This document shows, piece by piece, positions 13,212 through 24,984 of a stretch of DNA of 64,000 bases (position 1 is its first letter; every line of letters begins with the position of its first letter). A model generated the notes under the pieces. That model saw only the letters and a list, made by a program, of their open reading frames with translations. It made no database searches and was not told where the DNA came from. Origin of the DNA: Macrostomum hystrix (lineage: Eukaryota > Animalia > Platyhelminthes); the NCBI GenBank assembly GCA_950097015.1, contig CATNEN010000008.1, forward strand, positions 1,922,001-1,986,000, read 5' to 3'. The translations under genes were made by a program, and so were the position numbers.

Positions 13212-13568
13212 CCCACTAAGCTCATCGCTACTGTAGCTGTTGCTGTTTCTCTTGAAAATGCAGCTGGGGTCGCTAATATCGGAGGACACACTGCGCTGCT
13301 TATTGTCAATTTCTCTGGGGCCCAGCTTGGCGTCATTCAACAGTCTAGTGAGCTGCTCGCTCACCACGAGAGACATGCAGGAGCCGTCAGACAAAATGTG
13401 CAGCTCAATCAGTCGGTCCAGTTGGGCAATGTAATCGTTAGCGAAATACAACCAGCAGAGGAAGGACAATATATTGTACAGAAACCATGCACTGTAGAGA
13501 GACACGAGTACGATAAATACTATGTAATCGCCTCCTTCAACAGTGCTGTTCGTCATGCAGGAAGTTGG
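13212..13568 (-). CDS. Internal exon of the unidentified membrane protein, with a hydrophobic helix
   Basis: Open frame PTSCMTNSTVEGGDYIVFIVLVSLYSAWFLYNILSFLCWLYF...DELSG with a strong GTGAGT donor (phase 0). The acceptor is weak. Confidence 0.55.
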
Positions 13569-13989
13569 CTCGTGTCAGTTCAGGATTTTCATTGTTAGAA
13601 ACTCATTTGATTAACATATTAGAATACTAACACTATGAGACTAGAAGATGCTTAGGCACACAGCCATAGACAACAGAGTTTATTGCTTCAATCTTAAGTT
13701 TAATTTATCACCCCCCGAAGTTATTTACGTTTCGCGACGAAAAAATTGGCTAAGAAGTTAGAACATTGCTACTGTTAGTAGTGCAAACATTGTTTGCTAA
13801 CTTCCTTGCTTTCATACGCTCGTTCAAGCTTGCATTGTTCTAAAAGCGCAGCCTATTCCCTCTAGTATTCATAGTACAATAGTAACTCTTCTTCGCAACA
13901 TTCAAATTCGCACTTTCTTCCACTTTCTCCTACACAATACCTTCCTCTTCTACTCCTCCTTATAATGTTAAAAAATACCCTTATAAAAC

Positions 13990-14570
13990 ATAATAATACT
14001 CCTCCTTCCTATTCCTCTTCCTCCTCCTTCCTCTTTCTCCTTCCTCTTCCTCCTTCCTCTTCCTCCTCCTTCCTATTCCTCTTCCTCCTCCTTCCTCTTT
14101 CTCCTTCCTCTTCCTCCTTCCTCTTCCTCCTCCTTCCTATTCCTCTTCCTTCCTCCTTCCTCTTTCTCCTTCCTCTTCCTCCTTCCTCTTCCTCCTCCTT
14201 CCTATTCCTCTTCCTCCTCCTTCCTCTTCCTTTTCCTTCCTCTTCCTTTTCCTTCCTCTTCCTCTTCCTTCCTCCTCCTCCTCCTTCCTCTTCCTTTTCC
14301 TTCCTCTTCCTTTCCTTCCTCTTCCTCTTCCTTCCTCTTCCTCCTCCTTCCTCTTCCTTTTCCTTCCTCTTCCTCTTCCTTCGTCTTCCTCCTCCTTCAC
14401 TTTCTTGTTCTTCCTCTTCCTATTCCTCCTCCTTCCTCCTCCTCCTTCCTCCTCCTCCTTCCTCCTCCTCCTTCCTCCTCCTCCTTCCTCCTCCTCCTTC
14501 CTCCTCCTCCTTCCTCCTCCTCCTTCCTCCTCCTTCTCTTTCGTCTTCCTCCCTTCTCCTTACTCTAAAC
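13990..14570. repeat. Polypyrimidine CT-rich simple repeat
   Basis: CTTCCT/CCTCCT runs. Confidence 0.95.
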
Positions 14571-14855
14571 CTCTTCGTATCCTTTATACCTGGTGTTTTC
14601 TAGCTGTTTTCCAGCTTTCCGCTCTCCTCCTCATTCTTTTCTCCTGCCCATCCCATATTCTCCATCACTCAGTTTCTTTATCTGCCGACCTCTTCCCGCA
14701 GGGTGCAGAAAGGTGTGCAGACATGCTAAAACTGCTTTGTTAGGCCACTAGCCACACTTGACTGCAAGCAACTATTTTTTTGCCGCCGCTGTGTTTACTG
14801 AAGAAACCACTTGCCTCGCCTTGCAGCCAGGAAATTTCCACCCACAGCGTTCTAC

Positions 14856-14930
14856 CTGCTGGCATAGAGTTTCAAGACTTGGCCCAAGAAGTTCATGAAG
14901 TGCCTTCACACCTGGTATGGGCAGACAGGT
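14856..14930 (-). CDS. Candidate 75-bp exon (TCLPIPGVKALHELLGPSLETLCQQ)
   Basis: Bounded by AG/GT, open, phase 0-0, compatible with neighbouring exons. Confidence 0.35.
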
Positions 14931-15111
14931 CTTTCAAACTAAACGTGTTCCAGTTCGCTAAGTTTGCAATTGCCCCCCCCCAGCAACGAGTGCTGCGGAT
15001 GGCACAACCAGGTCAGAACTCAATGATTGGCATGACAAGAGTTTTCTGCTAATCTCCTTCAAATTCAGCTTGATTCATCCTGTACTAATTAGCGGGAACA
15101 CCTGTCTGCAC

Positions 15112-15191
15112 CTCACTGAGCAAATAAATTCCGATAAACACTGCCAAGCAGTAGACCTGCCTCTCAATCAGCTTAAGGATGTCAGGCTGGT
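15112..15191 (-). CDS. Candidate 80-bp exon (DQPDILKLIERQVYCLAVFIGIYLLSE), hydrophobic
   Basis: Bounded by AG/GT, phase 1-0, compatible with the next exon. Confidence 0.35.
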
Positions 15192-15202
15192 CTTTAAAGT
15201 CA

Positions 15203-15895
15203 GCATGGTGTGATGACAGACTGAGGGCATGGTGTGATGACAGACTGAGGGCATGGTGTGATGACAGACTGAGGGTATGGTGGGATGACAGACTGAGGGC
15301 ATGGTGTGATGACAGACTGAGGGCATGGTGTGATGACAGACTGAGGGCATGGTGGGATGACAGACTGAGGGCATGGTGTGATGACAGACTGAGGGCATGG
15401 TGTGATGACAGACTGAGGGCATGGTGGGATGACAGACTGAGGGCATGGTGTGATGACAGACTGAGGGCATGGTGTGATGACAGACTGAGGGCATGGTGTG
15501 ATGACAGACTGAGGGCATGGTGTGATGACAGACTAAGGGACTGAGGGCATGGTGTGATGACAGACTGAGGGCATGGTGTGATGACAGACCGAGGGACTGA
15601 GGGCATGGTGTGATGACAGACTGAGGGCATGGTGTGATGACAGACTGAGGGCATGGTGGGATGACAGACTGAGGGCATGGTGGGATGACAGCCTGAGGGC
15701 ATGGTGTGATGACAGACTGAGGGCATGGTGGGATAACAGACTAAGGGACTGAGGGCATGGTGGGATGACAGACTGAGGGCATGGTGGGATGACAGACTGA
15801 GGGCATGGTGTGATGACAGACTGAGGGCATGGTGGGATGACAGACTGAGGGCATGGTGGGATGACAGACTGAGGGCATGGTGGGATGACAGACTG
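15203..15895. repeat. 24-bp minisatellite (GGGCATGGTGKGATGACAGACTGA)
   Basis: Tandem copies. Confidence 0.95.
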
Positions 15896-17020
15896 CGATT
15901 CCACAAAAATTGAGTTCAAGTTTATGTTTAAACAGTCTCTGCGCTGATTGGTTGGTCGAAGTTTTAAATTTATTGGTTACCTTAAATATTCAATTAATTT
16001 TTTAAAATAAAATTTAACATGAAATGACACTTTCTTTGCTAGAAGCAGATTTCGCAATCGGTGTCGCAAAATTCAGAGGTAAAATGACAAACATACTGTA
16101 CCAGTAAGCAGCAATGTCTGAACAAGTCGGGGTTGGGATATTTTTGTTGCAATTTAATTTCACGTAGAGGATTTGGATTTTCGATTGGGCTGCATCACAG
16201 AGTGAAAATTTAAGGTAAAATTTGTTAATACGACTAAGGTAAAATTTTAGTAAGGCCACATCTCGCAAAAAGTGATTAGTACAGTTTTTGTAAGTAAAGT
16301 GTGCTGTCAAATGTTTTAGATTTAGTGTCAGTAAAAGTAAGAATTTTTTGTTCTACAGTTTTATACTAACCTTGATTTATCTAATTTCTGCTAGCAGGAA
16401 TTAAATTTTAGTTCATTCGATTAAATTTACGGTTTTTTCGTAAACAAAAAAACGAGTTCGAGTTTTGTGCTAAGGAGGAAAAACTATTTTGATGAGGAGA
16501 AAATAAAAGGTAATACCGATTCAAGGGCCTAATTCAAGGACACACAGGCTTAGCCATCATTGTTACAATCAGTTCAGTTTGTTATAAATCGCTCCTGTGT
16601 ATAATGTGAATACAATTAATACTCATTAAGATGAAGGTCACGCCAACAATGAACTAATTTAAGAGCTTTGAGAAAACTTCAGCATTTGAGCTGTTGGCGC
16701 GCGAGTTGCAGATGGCGGCATGCTGAAACAGGTAAGGTGCAGGTAGACACAGACACATCAAGGAGACCAGTACAGAAACTGTTGGCAAAGTCGAATTCAA
16801 AGGTTGTTGGGGACGACTGAAATCTGTGCTGCTTTCAGAACTGCCGGATCTGGCAAGATGTGCTTTTTTGCAGCAGTTTCTTCAAGCAGTCATTTGATAA
16901 GCATGCACAGAAATCCATCAGGCAAAAGGTTTCAAAAAGAGAACAATTGAACAAGCCGATCTCTCAAGACAGCCATGTGGAAGCTTTCTGTTCTGGTCGG
17001 GTTAAAAAGCATTGGGCGCC

Positions 17021-18150
17021 TCACGCCTGAAACACCATCTTGGTCTTTCGAGTCTGTCCACCTGAAGGAGGCGTCCTTCGGGTGTTTATCAACTGCTGCT
17101 GCTGCTGCTGCTGCTGCTGATAATGATACTGATTGAATGGGCGCACTTCAAACTGCTGCTGCTGCTGCTGCGGGTGCTGATATTGCTGGGACAGTTGTTG
17201 GAGCTGGTACTCGCCAGCTGAAGGTTGCGACCGCTGCTTAGTCAGCCAGCGCTGCCTCTGCGCAGACGCCGCCGCCGGGTCTTCTTCGGCGAAGTCTCCT
17301 TCCTCAAACTCGCCTCCAACCGTGCCCAGGTGACCTGGAATCGACCGCGATGGTGCCAGACGGTGATCGCTGGCAACGCCGCGTCGACCGCAGCCCGGGG
17401 TCAGCGGCATCGACGGAGGCGGCGGCGGAGGCGGGGGCGGCGGCGGCAGCGGTGGCAGAGTGTGCGCCGAGTGCGGATGATGCTGACCGAAGCTGCTGCT
17501 CCCCGCGCCGCCGGAAGACGATGCGGCGGTGTCCGAGGACTCCTGCTTCGAGAAGCCGCCCATGAGACGCCGGGCTGCCGCCGGGGGAGGCGTTCGGTAA
17601 CCAGCACCGACGCCGCCTCCGCTGATGAAGATGTCGCCGATTGGCGAGTCCTGATCGCAGCTGTCGGCTGTCGGGTCCAGGAACTTGCCGACCCTCACCC
17701 TTGACGGTGTCATCTGTGGCTGCGGCAGCGGCTGCTGATGCTGCAGTGGCTGATGCTGCTGCTGATGCACACTGACAGCTCCGTTCTGCTTTCCGTAGGG
17801 TCCGTAGCCGCCACTGTCGATTTGATGCAGGCTGGTCATGTGGGACAGCATCGGAGAGTCCGGGCCGCCGCCGCCAACGCCGCCGACGCCGCCAGCACGC
17901 ACCGAGGGCTCCCTGGACAGGCCAGTCGCCGCTGCCGTCGCCACAGCCGCATCTGGCTCGCCGGCGCTGGCGCAGTGATTCTCGCGTCGCTCCTTCAGCC
18001 GCTGCTTGAGTGTGACGCAGCAGCAGGCGAAGGTCAGGATGAGGAAGCCCGCGCCGATGGAGCCCAGAATGATTGGGTGGTAGGAGACTTCGTCCGTCTT
18101 CTTGTCGCTTGTGGTCTTCTCCGTGCTCTCTGGCAGTCCGCTGCCGCCGC
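17021..18150 (-). CDS. NETO: NETO-like exon 8: TM helix and long Gln/Pro-rich cytoplasmic tail
   Basis: Phase-1 acceptor CAG at 18153-18151. Reads ...EVSYHPIILGSIGAGFLILTFACCCVTLKQRLK... and is in frame with ORF 17021..17944. Stop TGA at 17023-17021. Confidence 0.85.
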
Positions 18151-18504
18151 CTGCGCCATCGAGAATGACAATGACAATGGTCCGTGCAACATATACTCAA
18201 AGTTTATTTATAGAAAAGCAACAAAACAAGTCGTTTATGAAGAGTGTAGATACTAAAATAATATTTCTTTCTTCCTCTTTCTTCTTTCGTCAGACATTTC
18301 AACTAGCGACAATAAGCCAACAAGACATGAGATCTATTTGCGTTTTTTCGAGGCCGCATGCTTGCGGGTGGAAATAGGTAAAACTTTGCATTATCTTGAT
18401 TGACTCTGACTGCCAGCAAAAAAACTGTTCTACTGCTGCAAAAAGGGGCTCTCCTACCTAACACTGATCCGGGAACTCTAGAGAGACTACAAACTGAAAC
18501 CCAG

Positions 18505-19465
18505 AGAGATTTAGATCAAAGAAACAAAATCCCAGAGAGATTGGGATCAAAGAACCAAAATCCCAGAGAGATTGGGATCAAAGAACCAAAATCCCAGAGA
18601 TATTGGGATCAAAGAACCAAATCCCAGAGAGATTGGGATCAAAGAACCAAAATCCCAGAGATATTGGGATCAAAGAACCAAATCCCACAGAGATCGGGAT
18701 CAAAGAACCAAAATCCCAGAGATATTGGGATCAAAGAACCAAATCCCAGAGAGATTGGGATCAAAGAACCAAATCCCAGAGAGATTGGGATCAACGAAAC
18801 AAAATCCCACAGAGATCGGGATCAAAGAACAAAATCCCAGAGAGATTGGGATCAAAGAACCAAATCCCAGAGAGATTGGGATCAACGAAACAAAATCCCA
18901 CAGAGATCGGGATCAAAGAACAAAATCCCACAGAGATTGGGATCAAAGAACCAAATCCCAGAGAGATTGGGATCAACGAAACAAAATCCCACAGAGATCG
19001 GGATCAAAGAACCAAATCCCAGAGAGATTGGGATCAAATAACCAAAATCCCAGAGAGATTGGGATCAAATAACCAAAATCCCAGAGAGATTGGGATCAAA
19101 TAACCAAAATCCCAGAGAGATTGGGATCAACGAAACAAAATCCCACAGAGATCGGGATCAACGAAACAAAATCCCACAGAGATTGGGATCAACGAAACAA
19201 AATCCCACAGAGATTGGGATCAACGAAACAAAATCCCACAGAGATCGGGATCAACGAAACAAAATCCCACAGAGATTGGGATCAACGAAACAAAATCCCA
19301 CAGAGATCGGGATCAAAGAACCAAATCCCAGAGAGATTGGGATCAAATAACCAAAATCCCAGAGAGATTGGGATCAACGAAACAAAATCCCACAGAGATC
19401 GGGATCAACGAAACAAAATCCCACAGAGATCGGGATCAAAGAACCAAATCCCAGAGAGATTGGGA
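18505..19465. repeat. 30/31-bp minisatellite (AGAGATTGGGATCAAAGAACCAAATCCCAG), NETO intron
   Basis: Tandem copies with an internal TGGGAT/ATCCCA inverted repeat. Confidence 0.95.
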
Positions 19466-19519
19466 TGTGAGAACAAAGAATCGCATGAATGAGTAGCAGA
19501 GGGAAGAATCCCAACTCAC

Positions 19520-19669
19520 CAGTTGCGCCATGTCCGTGTCCGGCCTTCTTATCTGGGCAGTTGGCCTCGTCGCGGCCATCCGGGCAGTTTAGATGCGAGT
19601 TGCAGACGAGGCGGGAGTCGATGCACTGATCAGTGCCGCAGTCGAACTCTGTTTTTGGCTGACATACTC
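19520..19669 (-). CDS. NETO: NETO-like exon 7: LDL-receptor class A domain
   Basis: VCQPKTEFDCGTDQCIDSRLVCNSHLNCPDGRDEANC. CAG acceptor, GTGAGT donor, phase 1-1. Confidence 0.92.
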
Positions 19670-19694
19670 CTGTAATTATTGAGGCAAGTGAAGT

Positions 19695-20100
19695 AGCTTC
19701 AGTTACAGTAGCTTCAGTTACAGTAGCTTCAGTTACAGTAGCTTAAGTTACAGTAGCTTCAGTTACAGTAGCTTCAGTTACAGTAGCTTCAGTTACAGTA
19801 GCTTCAGTTACAGTAGCTTCAGTTACAGTAGCTTCAGTTACAGTAGCTTCAGTTTCAGCAGGTTCAGTTACAGTAGCTTCAGTTTCAGCAGGTTCAGTTA
19901 CAGTAGGTTCAGTTACAGTAGGTTCAGTTACAGTAGGTTCAGTTACAGTAGGTTCAGTTACAGTAGGTTCAGTTACAGTAGCTTCAGTTACAGTAGCTTC
20001 AGTTACAGTAGGTTCAGTTACAGTAGGTTCAGTTACAGTAGCTTCAGTTACAGTAGGTTCAGTTACAGCAGGTTCAGTTACAGCAGGTTTAGTTACAGTA
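19695..20100. repeat. 15-bp minisatellite (AGSTTCAGTTACAGT)
   Basis: Tandem copies. Confidence 0.95.
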
Positions 20101-20359
20101 ACATGCCAGTTCAATATTGCCAGCTTAAAAAAGTGCAAAGGGATTGTAAAGTTTTTCTCGGGATCTGAGAGACAGCTGCTTGACATCGTCTGTCTGTCAT
20201 CGGGAAAGTTTCAGACCGAATCGAGAGAGAAAAAAGCGTAATAAATATTGGGCAGTTTAAAGGGAGAATGTTATTTAATGGTTTTTTAAAACTTGATGTC
20301 TTTGAAGTCAAGTGCATTGCAGTTATTCAGCTAAAGAAGCAATAGTGGAGCTAAAATGG

Positions 20360-22225
20360 AAGCCAACAGGGTAGCTAACAGGGTAGCTAACAGGGTAGCT
20401 AACAGGGTAGCTAACAGGGGAGCTAACAGGGGAGCTAATAGGGGAGCTAGCAGGGTAGCTAGCAGGGGAGCTAACAGGGGAGCTAATAGGGGAGCTAACG
20501 GGGGAGCTAACGGGGGAGCTAATAGGGGAGCTAGCAGGGTAGCTAGCAGGGGAGCTAATAGGGGAGCTAGCAGGGGAGCTAACAGGGGAGCTAACAGGGG
20601 AGCTAATAGGGGAGCTAATAGGGGAGCTAGCAGGGTAGCTAACAGGGGAGCTAACAGGGGAGCTAACAGGGGAGCTAACAGGGGAGCTAACAGGGGAGCT
20701 AACAGGGGAGCTAACAGGGGAGCTAACAGGGGAGCTAACAGGGGAGCTAACAGGGGAGCTAACAGGGGAGCTAGCAGGGTAGCTAACAGGGGAGCTAATA
20801 GGGGAGCTAGCAGGGGAGCTAATAGGGGAGCTAATAGGGGAGCTAGCAGGGTAGCTAACAGGGGAGCTAATAGGGGAGCTAGCAGGGTAGCTAACAGGGG
20901 AGCTAACAGGGGAGCTAACAGGGGAGCTAACAGGGTAGCTAGCAGGGGAGCTAATAGGGGAGCTAGCAGGGGAGCTAATAGGGGAGCTAACAGGGGAGCT
21001 AACAGGGAGCAAATAGGGGAGCTAACAGGGTAGCTAACAGGGGAGCTAATAGGGGAGCTAGCAGGGGAGCTAATAGGGGAGCTAATAGGGGAGCTAGCAG
21101 GGTAGCTAGCAGGGGAGCTAACAGGGGAGCTAACAGGGGAGCTAACAGGTGAGCTAATAGGGGAGCTAACAGGGGAGCTAACAGGGGAGCTAATAGGGGA
21201 GCTAGCAGGGGAGCTAATAGGGGAGCTAGCAGGGGAGCTAATAGGGGAGCTAGCAGGGGAGCTAATAGGGGAGCTAATAGGGGAGCTAGCAAGGGAGCTA
21301 ATAGGGGAGCTAACAGGGAGCAAATAGGGGAGCTAGCAGGGTAGCTAACAGGGGAGCTAATAGGGGAGCTAGCAGGGGAGCTAATAGGGGAGCTAGCAGG
21401 GGAGCTAATAGGGGAGCTAATAGGGGAGCTAGCAGGGTAGCTAGCAGGGGAGCTAACAGGGGAGCTAACAGGGAGCAAATAGGGGAGCTAGCAGGGTAGC
21501 TAACAGGGAGCTAATAGGGGAGCTAGCAGGGGAGCTAATAGGGGAGCTAATAGGGGAGCTAATAGGGGAGCTAGCAGGGTAGCTAATAGGGGAGCTAACA
21601 GGGGAGCTAATAGGGGAGCTAGCAGGGTGGCTAGCAGGGGAGCTAACAGGGGAGCTAACAGGGGAGCTAACAGGGGAGCTAATAGGGGAGCTAATAGGGG
21701 AGCTAGCAGGGGAGCTAACAGGGGAGCTAGCAGGGGAGCTAGCAGGGGAGCTAATAGGGGAGCTAACAGGGGAGCTAATAGGGGAGCTAGCAGGGGAGCT
21801 AGCAGGGGAGCTAACAGGGGAGCTAACAATGGAGCTAACAGGGAGCAAATAGGGGAGCTAGCAGGGTAGCTAACAGGGGAGCTAATAGGGGAGCTAGCAG
21901 GGGAGCTAATAGGGGAGCTGGCAGGGGAGCTAATAGGGGAGCTAACAGGGGAGCTAATAGGGGAGCTAGCAGGGTAGCTAGCAGGGGAGCTAACAGGGGA
22001 GCTAACAGGGGAGCTAACAGGGGAGCTAATAGGGGAGCTAGCAGGGGAGCTAACAGGGGAGCTAGCAGGGGAGCTAACAGGGGAGCTAACAGGGGAGCTA
22101 ACAGGGGAGCTAATAGGGGAGCTAGCAGGGGAGCTAACAGGGGAGCTAACAGGGGAGCTAACAGGGGAGCTAACAGGGGAGCTAACAGGGTAGTCAGCAG
22201 GGTAGCCAGCAGGGTAGCTAACAGG
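20360..22225. repeat. 12-bp minisatellite (GGGGAGCTAAYA), ~1.9 kb
   Basis: Tandem copies. Confidence 0.97.
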
Positions 22226-22868
22226 AGAGTGAAGCAAAGACTGACTCATCATTCGACGCGCCAGTGGCTCAGTGATTCAATTCGCACTTTCTGCTGCAGT
22301 GTGGCGCATTGCACAACAAAATCTTACGGTGTAGTTTTGGGGGGGGGCTGCTTGTGGGATGCGATCCTCAACCTCGTATTCCCAGGCTCTCGATTCGAAG
22401 AAGCTTAATTGTGGCAACCGGTTGGAAAAAACACGGCACTAAAAGATTGGACAAACTGATAAGACAGACTTGGCCAAGGGTTTAACCGGTTGGGCGCCAG
22501 ACATTCCAATCCTCTCCTCTCTCCTTGGCAACCGGTTCGCACTTAACCCCCCACCCCTTTGGCCTTATCAAAGCCAGGTAAAATCAATCACTGCCGACTG
22601 GGCACACGCAATGAGGTCAAATTGCTTTTGCAGCCAATATTATCTACAATACTTATTATACAGCAAATATTCCACCGACCGATCGCAATGGATGAGTTTC
22701 GCGTCTTCGAATGCCAATTAACCTTTTAGAGGACGGAAAAAGGAAAATAGTAGAAGGTGGTAGAATGCTACTAAATTACCCAGAAGATGACTGTAGCTAC
22801 ACTAAAATGGGATATGTTCCAGGAGCAGCAGCAGCAGCAGCAGCAGCAATTACAGCAGCAAAGTAGCA

Positions 22869-22935
22869 GGGGGGTTGGTGGCAGAGCGGTTAACCGCGTT
22901 TGCCTCTCGCGCTAAAGTCCCTAGTTCGATTCCAG
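22869..22935 (+). mobile_element. tRNA-derived SINE head, copy 2
   Basis: A-box-like TGGCAGAGCGG and B-box-like AGTTCGATTCC. Similar to 39405-39465 and 6040-6095. Confidence 0.65.
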
Positions 22936-23039
22936 AATTGCCTCCTCGCTGGCTGCGGGTCTAGTGTCACCAAACGATGCGCCATTGCTAGCAGCCCTCC
23001 TGCAATTAATAATAATAGTAAATAGGCAGTTGCAGCAAC

Positions 23040-23370
23040 AACAGCGTCTACAACACCAATCGTCAACTCCTACAACTCCTCGCCAACCCGGGCCTCTGCT
23101 TCCTCCAGTGGGTGCCTGGCCACTGCGGCCTGTCAAGTAACGTCGCGGCCAGCGATGCCCGCCAGTCGATGACCGGGCCTTTTCCGCTGCATATCACCTT
23201 CCACTGCTCCTGCCAGCGAATTCGCCGCGACCTCTGCGACCCTCCGCGCCCGCAAGCTCGCACCATTACGGCTTACGACGGCCTCTCTGAGGCCCTCGAC
23301 TGTCGTGAAATCTGCAGCGCTGTGACGTTGTCCTCCTCGCCAGGCCTAGGGCGGGCTGCTGAAGTGCCTT
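23040..23370 (+). mobile_element. Fragment of an RNase H-containing non-LTR retrotransposon (I-group/Ingi-like)
   Basis: LLANPGLCFLQWVPGHCGLSSNVAASD matches the RNase H WVPGH.G..GNE.AD motif. It is followed by DPP...RTITAY. Confidence 0.65.
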
Positions 23371-24169
23371 GAACGCCTACGCCAGCGGCAGCAGGAATCG
23401 CTGTGAGCAAAGAAGTTGCAGCATCAGCAGCAGCAATTACAGCAGCAATCCGGTACCGCGTCTACATGGAGAGCTGATGCTGTTGGGGTAGCTGCTGGGA
23501 TTGGTACTCCAGTCTACTGACAACAAAAACAAAAACAGCAGCAGCAGCAGCAGCCGTGCGCCGCAAAGTGAGAACAATAATAAATAACAGAAGGGGTCGG
23601 CCATTGCTCCGAATTCTCTTTACCATTCCCACAACGCGATCTCCCAATATCCCAGCCTAATGGGCTTAGCAGATGGCTGTCAACGCACAACCAGCGACCT
23701 CATTAATAAATAATAAGGGCCAGGGTTACTCGCTAGCAATTATGACGAAACGAGTTGCTGTCACGAGGACTGACTTGTGCATCAATGTTCGATATCGTGC
23801 TTTTCGCACCGTGCCTTACACTGAGCCATGCGATAGGTGAAATAATTCTCTTTTTTAGTTTTTAGTAACCAAATTTTCTGGTGTCATGAATGATGCCAGA
23901 ATTCGGCAGATTCGCGGCGAGAATACACAAAAGTGTGCGCCGCCAGAACTAATGTAAACATGAGAGAATGATGGATCTATGCAATGCGGCTCAGTAAACT
24001 GAGGCATTGGTGCCAAGCACATTCGCTTCTTCATCTGTTTTTGCGCTTTCTAAGGACCATTCGCAACGAATCATGGACCCTTTTCCTTGAAAAGTCAGAT
24101 AAAAAACACATGGCTCTGGGAGGTGAGATGAGGGTTAGACTTCAAAAGCATGAAGAACTGGAGGTAAGA

Positions 24170-24640
24170 GACCTGAAGATCTGAAGGATCGGAGATGAGA
24201 CCTGAAGCCCTGAAGGATACGAGGCGAGACCTGAAGCCCTGAAGGATACGAGGCGAGACCTGAAGCCCTGAAGGATACGAGGCGAGACCTAAAGCCCTGT
24301 AGGACGGAGGTGAGACCTGGAGGATTAGATGAGAGATCTGAAGGCTTGGAGGAGTGACCTTCAGGTCATGTGTTTTTTTCTCAGACTTTTCAGGGCAAAA
24401 GGCCTGAAGAATATGATGTGAGACCTGAGGGATTGGAGGTGAGACCTGAAGCCCTGAAGGATCCAGAGATAAGACCTGGAGGATCGGATGTCAGACCTGA
24501 AGGATAGGATGTGAGACCTGAAGCTCTGAAGGATCCAGAGATAAGACCTGGAGGACCGGATGTGAGACCTGAAGGATTGGATGTGAGACCTGAAGGATTG
24601 GATGTGAGACCTGAAGCCCTGAAGATCTGAGGTCAGACCA
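24170..24640. repeat. Degenerate GAGACCTGAAG-based minisatellite
   Basis: Imperfect tandem copies. Confidence 0.85.
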
Positions 24641-24698
24641 GAAGCTCTTAACATTTGTTTAAAAATGGATAGCTATAATAAGACTTCCAGGGACTTAC

Positions 24699-24954
24699 CC
24701 AGCCGCACCACAGTTAGCACCACCACAAACTTGGGCATCAGGTAAGCGTCGTTGGATGTGACCCGAACGACAACGCGGCGCGTGGTTGACAGGTGACCCT
24801 TGGCATTGGCGCTCTCCAGGGATTTGCAAACCGGCGCGCTGGGGCCGTCTCTAGCCGCCGTGTCGCCCGTGGTGAAGCCGTCATAGAATGTCAGCTGGTG
24901 CTGGTGGCAGGCTTCGTCCATCCTGACCTGCATGCTCTCCAGGGCGAAGTAGAT
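24699..24954 (-). CDS. NETO: NETO-like exon 6: CUB2 C-terminal half
   Basis: IYFALESMQVRMDEACHQHQLTFYDG...VVVRVTSND...FVVVLT. TTTCAG acceptor, GTAAGT donor, phase 0-1. Confidence 0.85.
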
Positions 24955-24984
24955 CTGAAATTATGGAAGGTGTCGTCTGTCTAA

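Noticed and set aside
16660-16960. Possible 5' exon of the orphan membrane gene, or a small plus-strand exon with a CAG|GTAAG donor
   Set aside because: Several short open frames exist but none has consistent splice phases. It may be NETO 3' UTR.
22940-22953. GCCTCCTCGCTGGC, identical to HDV ribozyme P3/L3 as recalled
   Set aside because: P1 pairs poorly, the GG for P1.1 is absent and there is no plausible J4/2. Probably chance.
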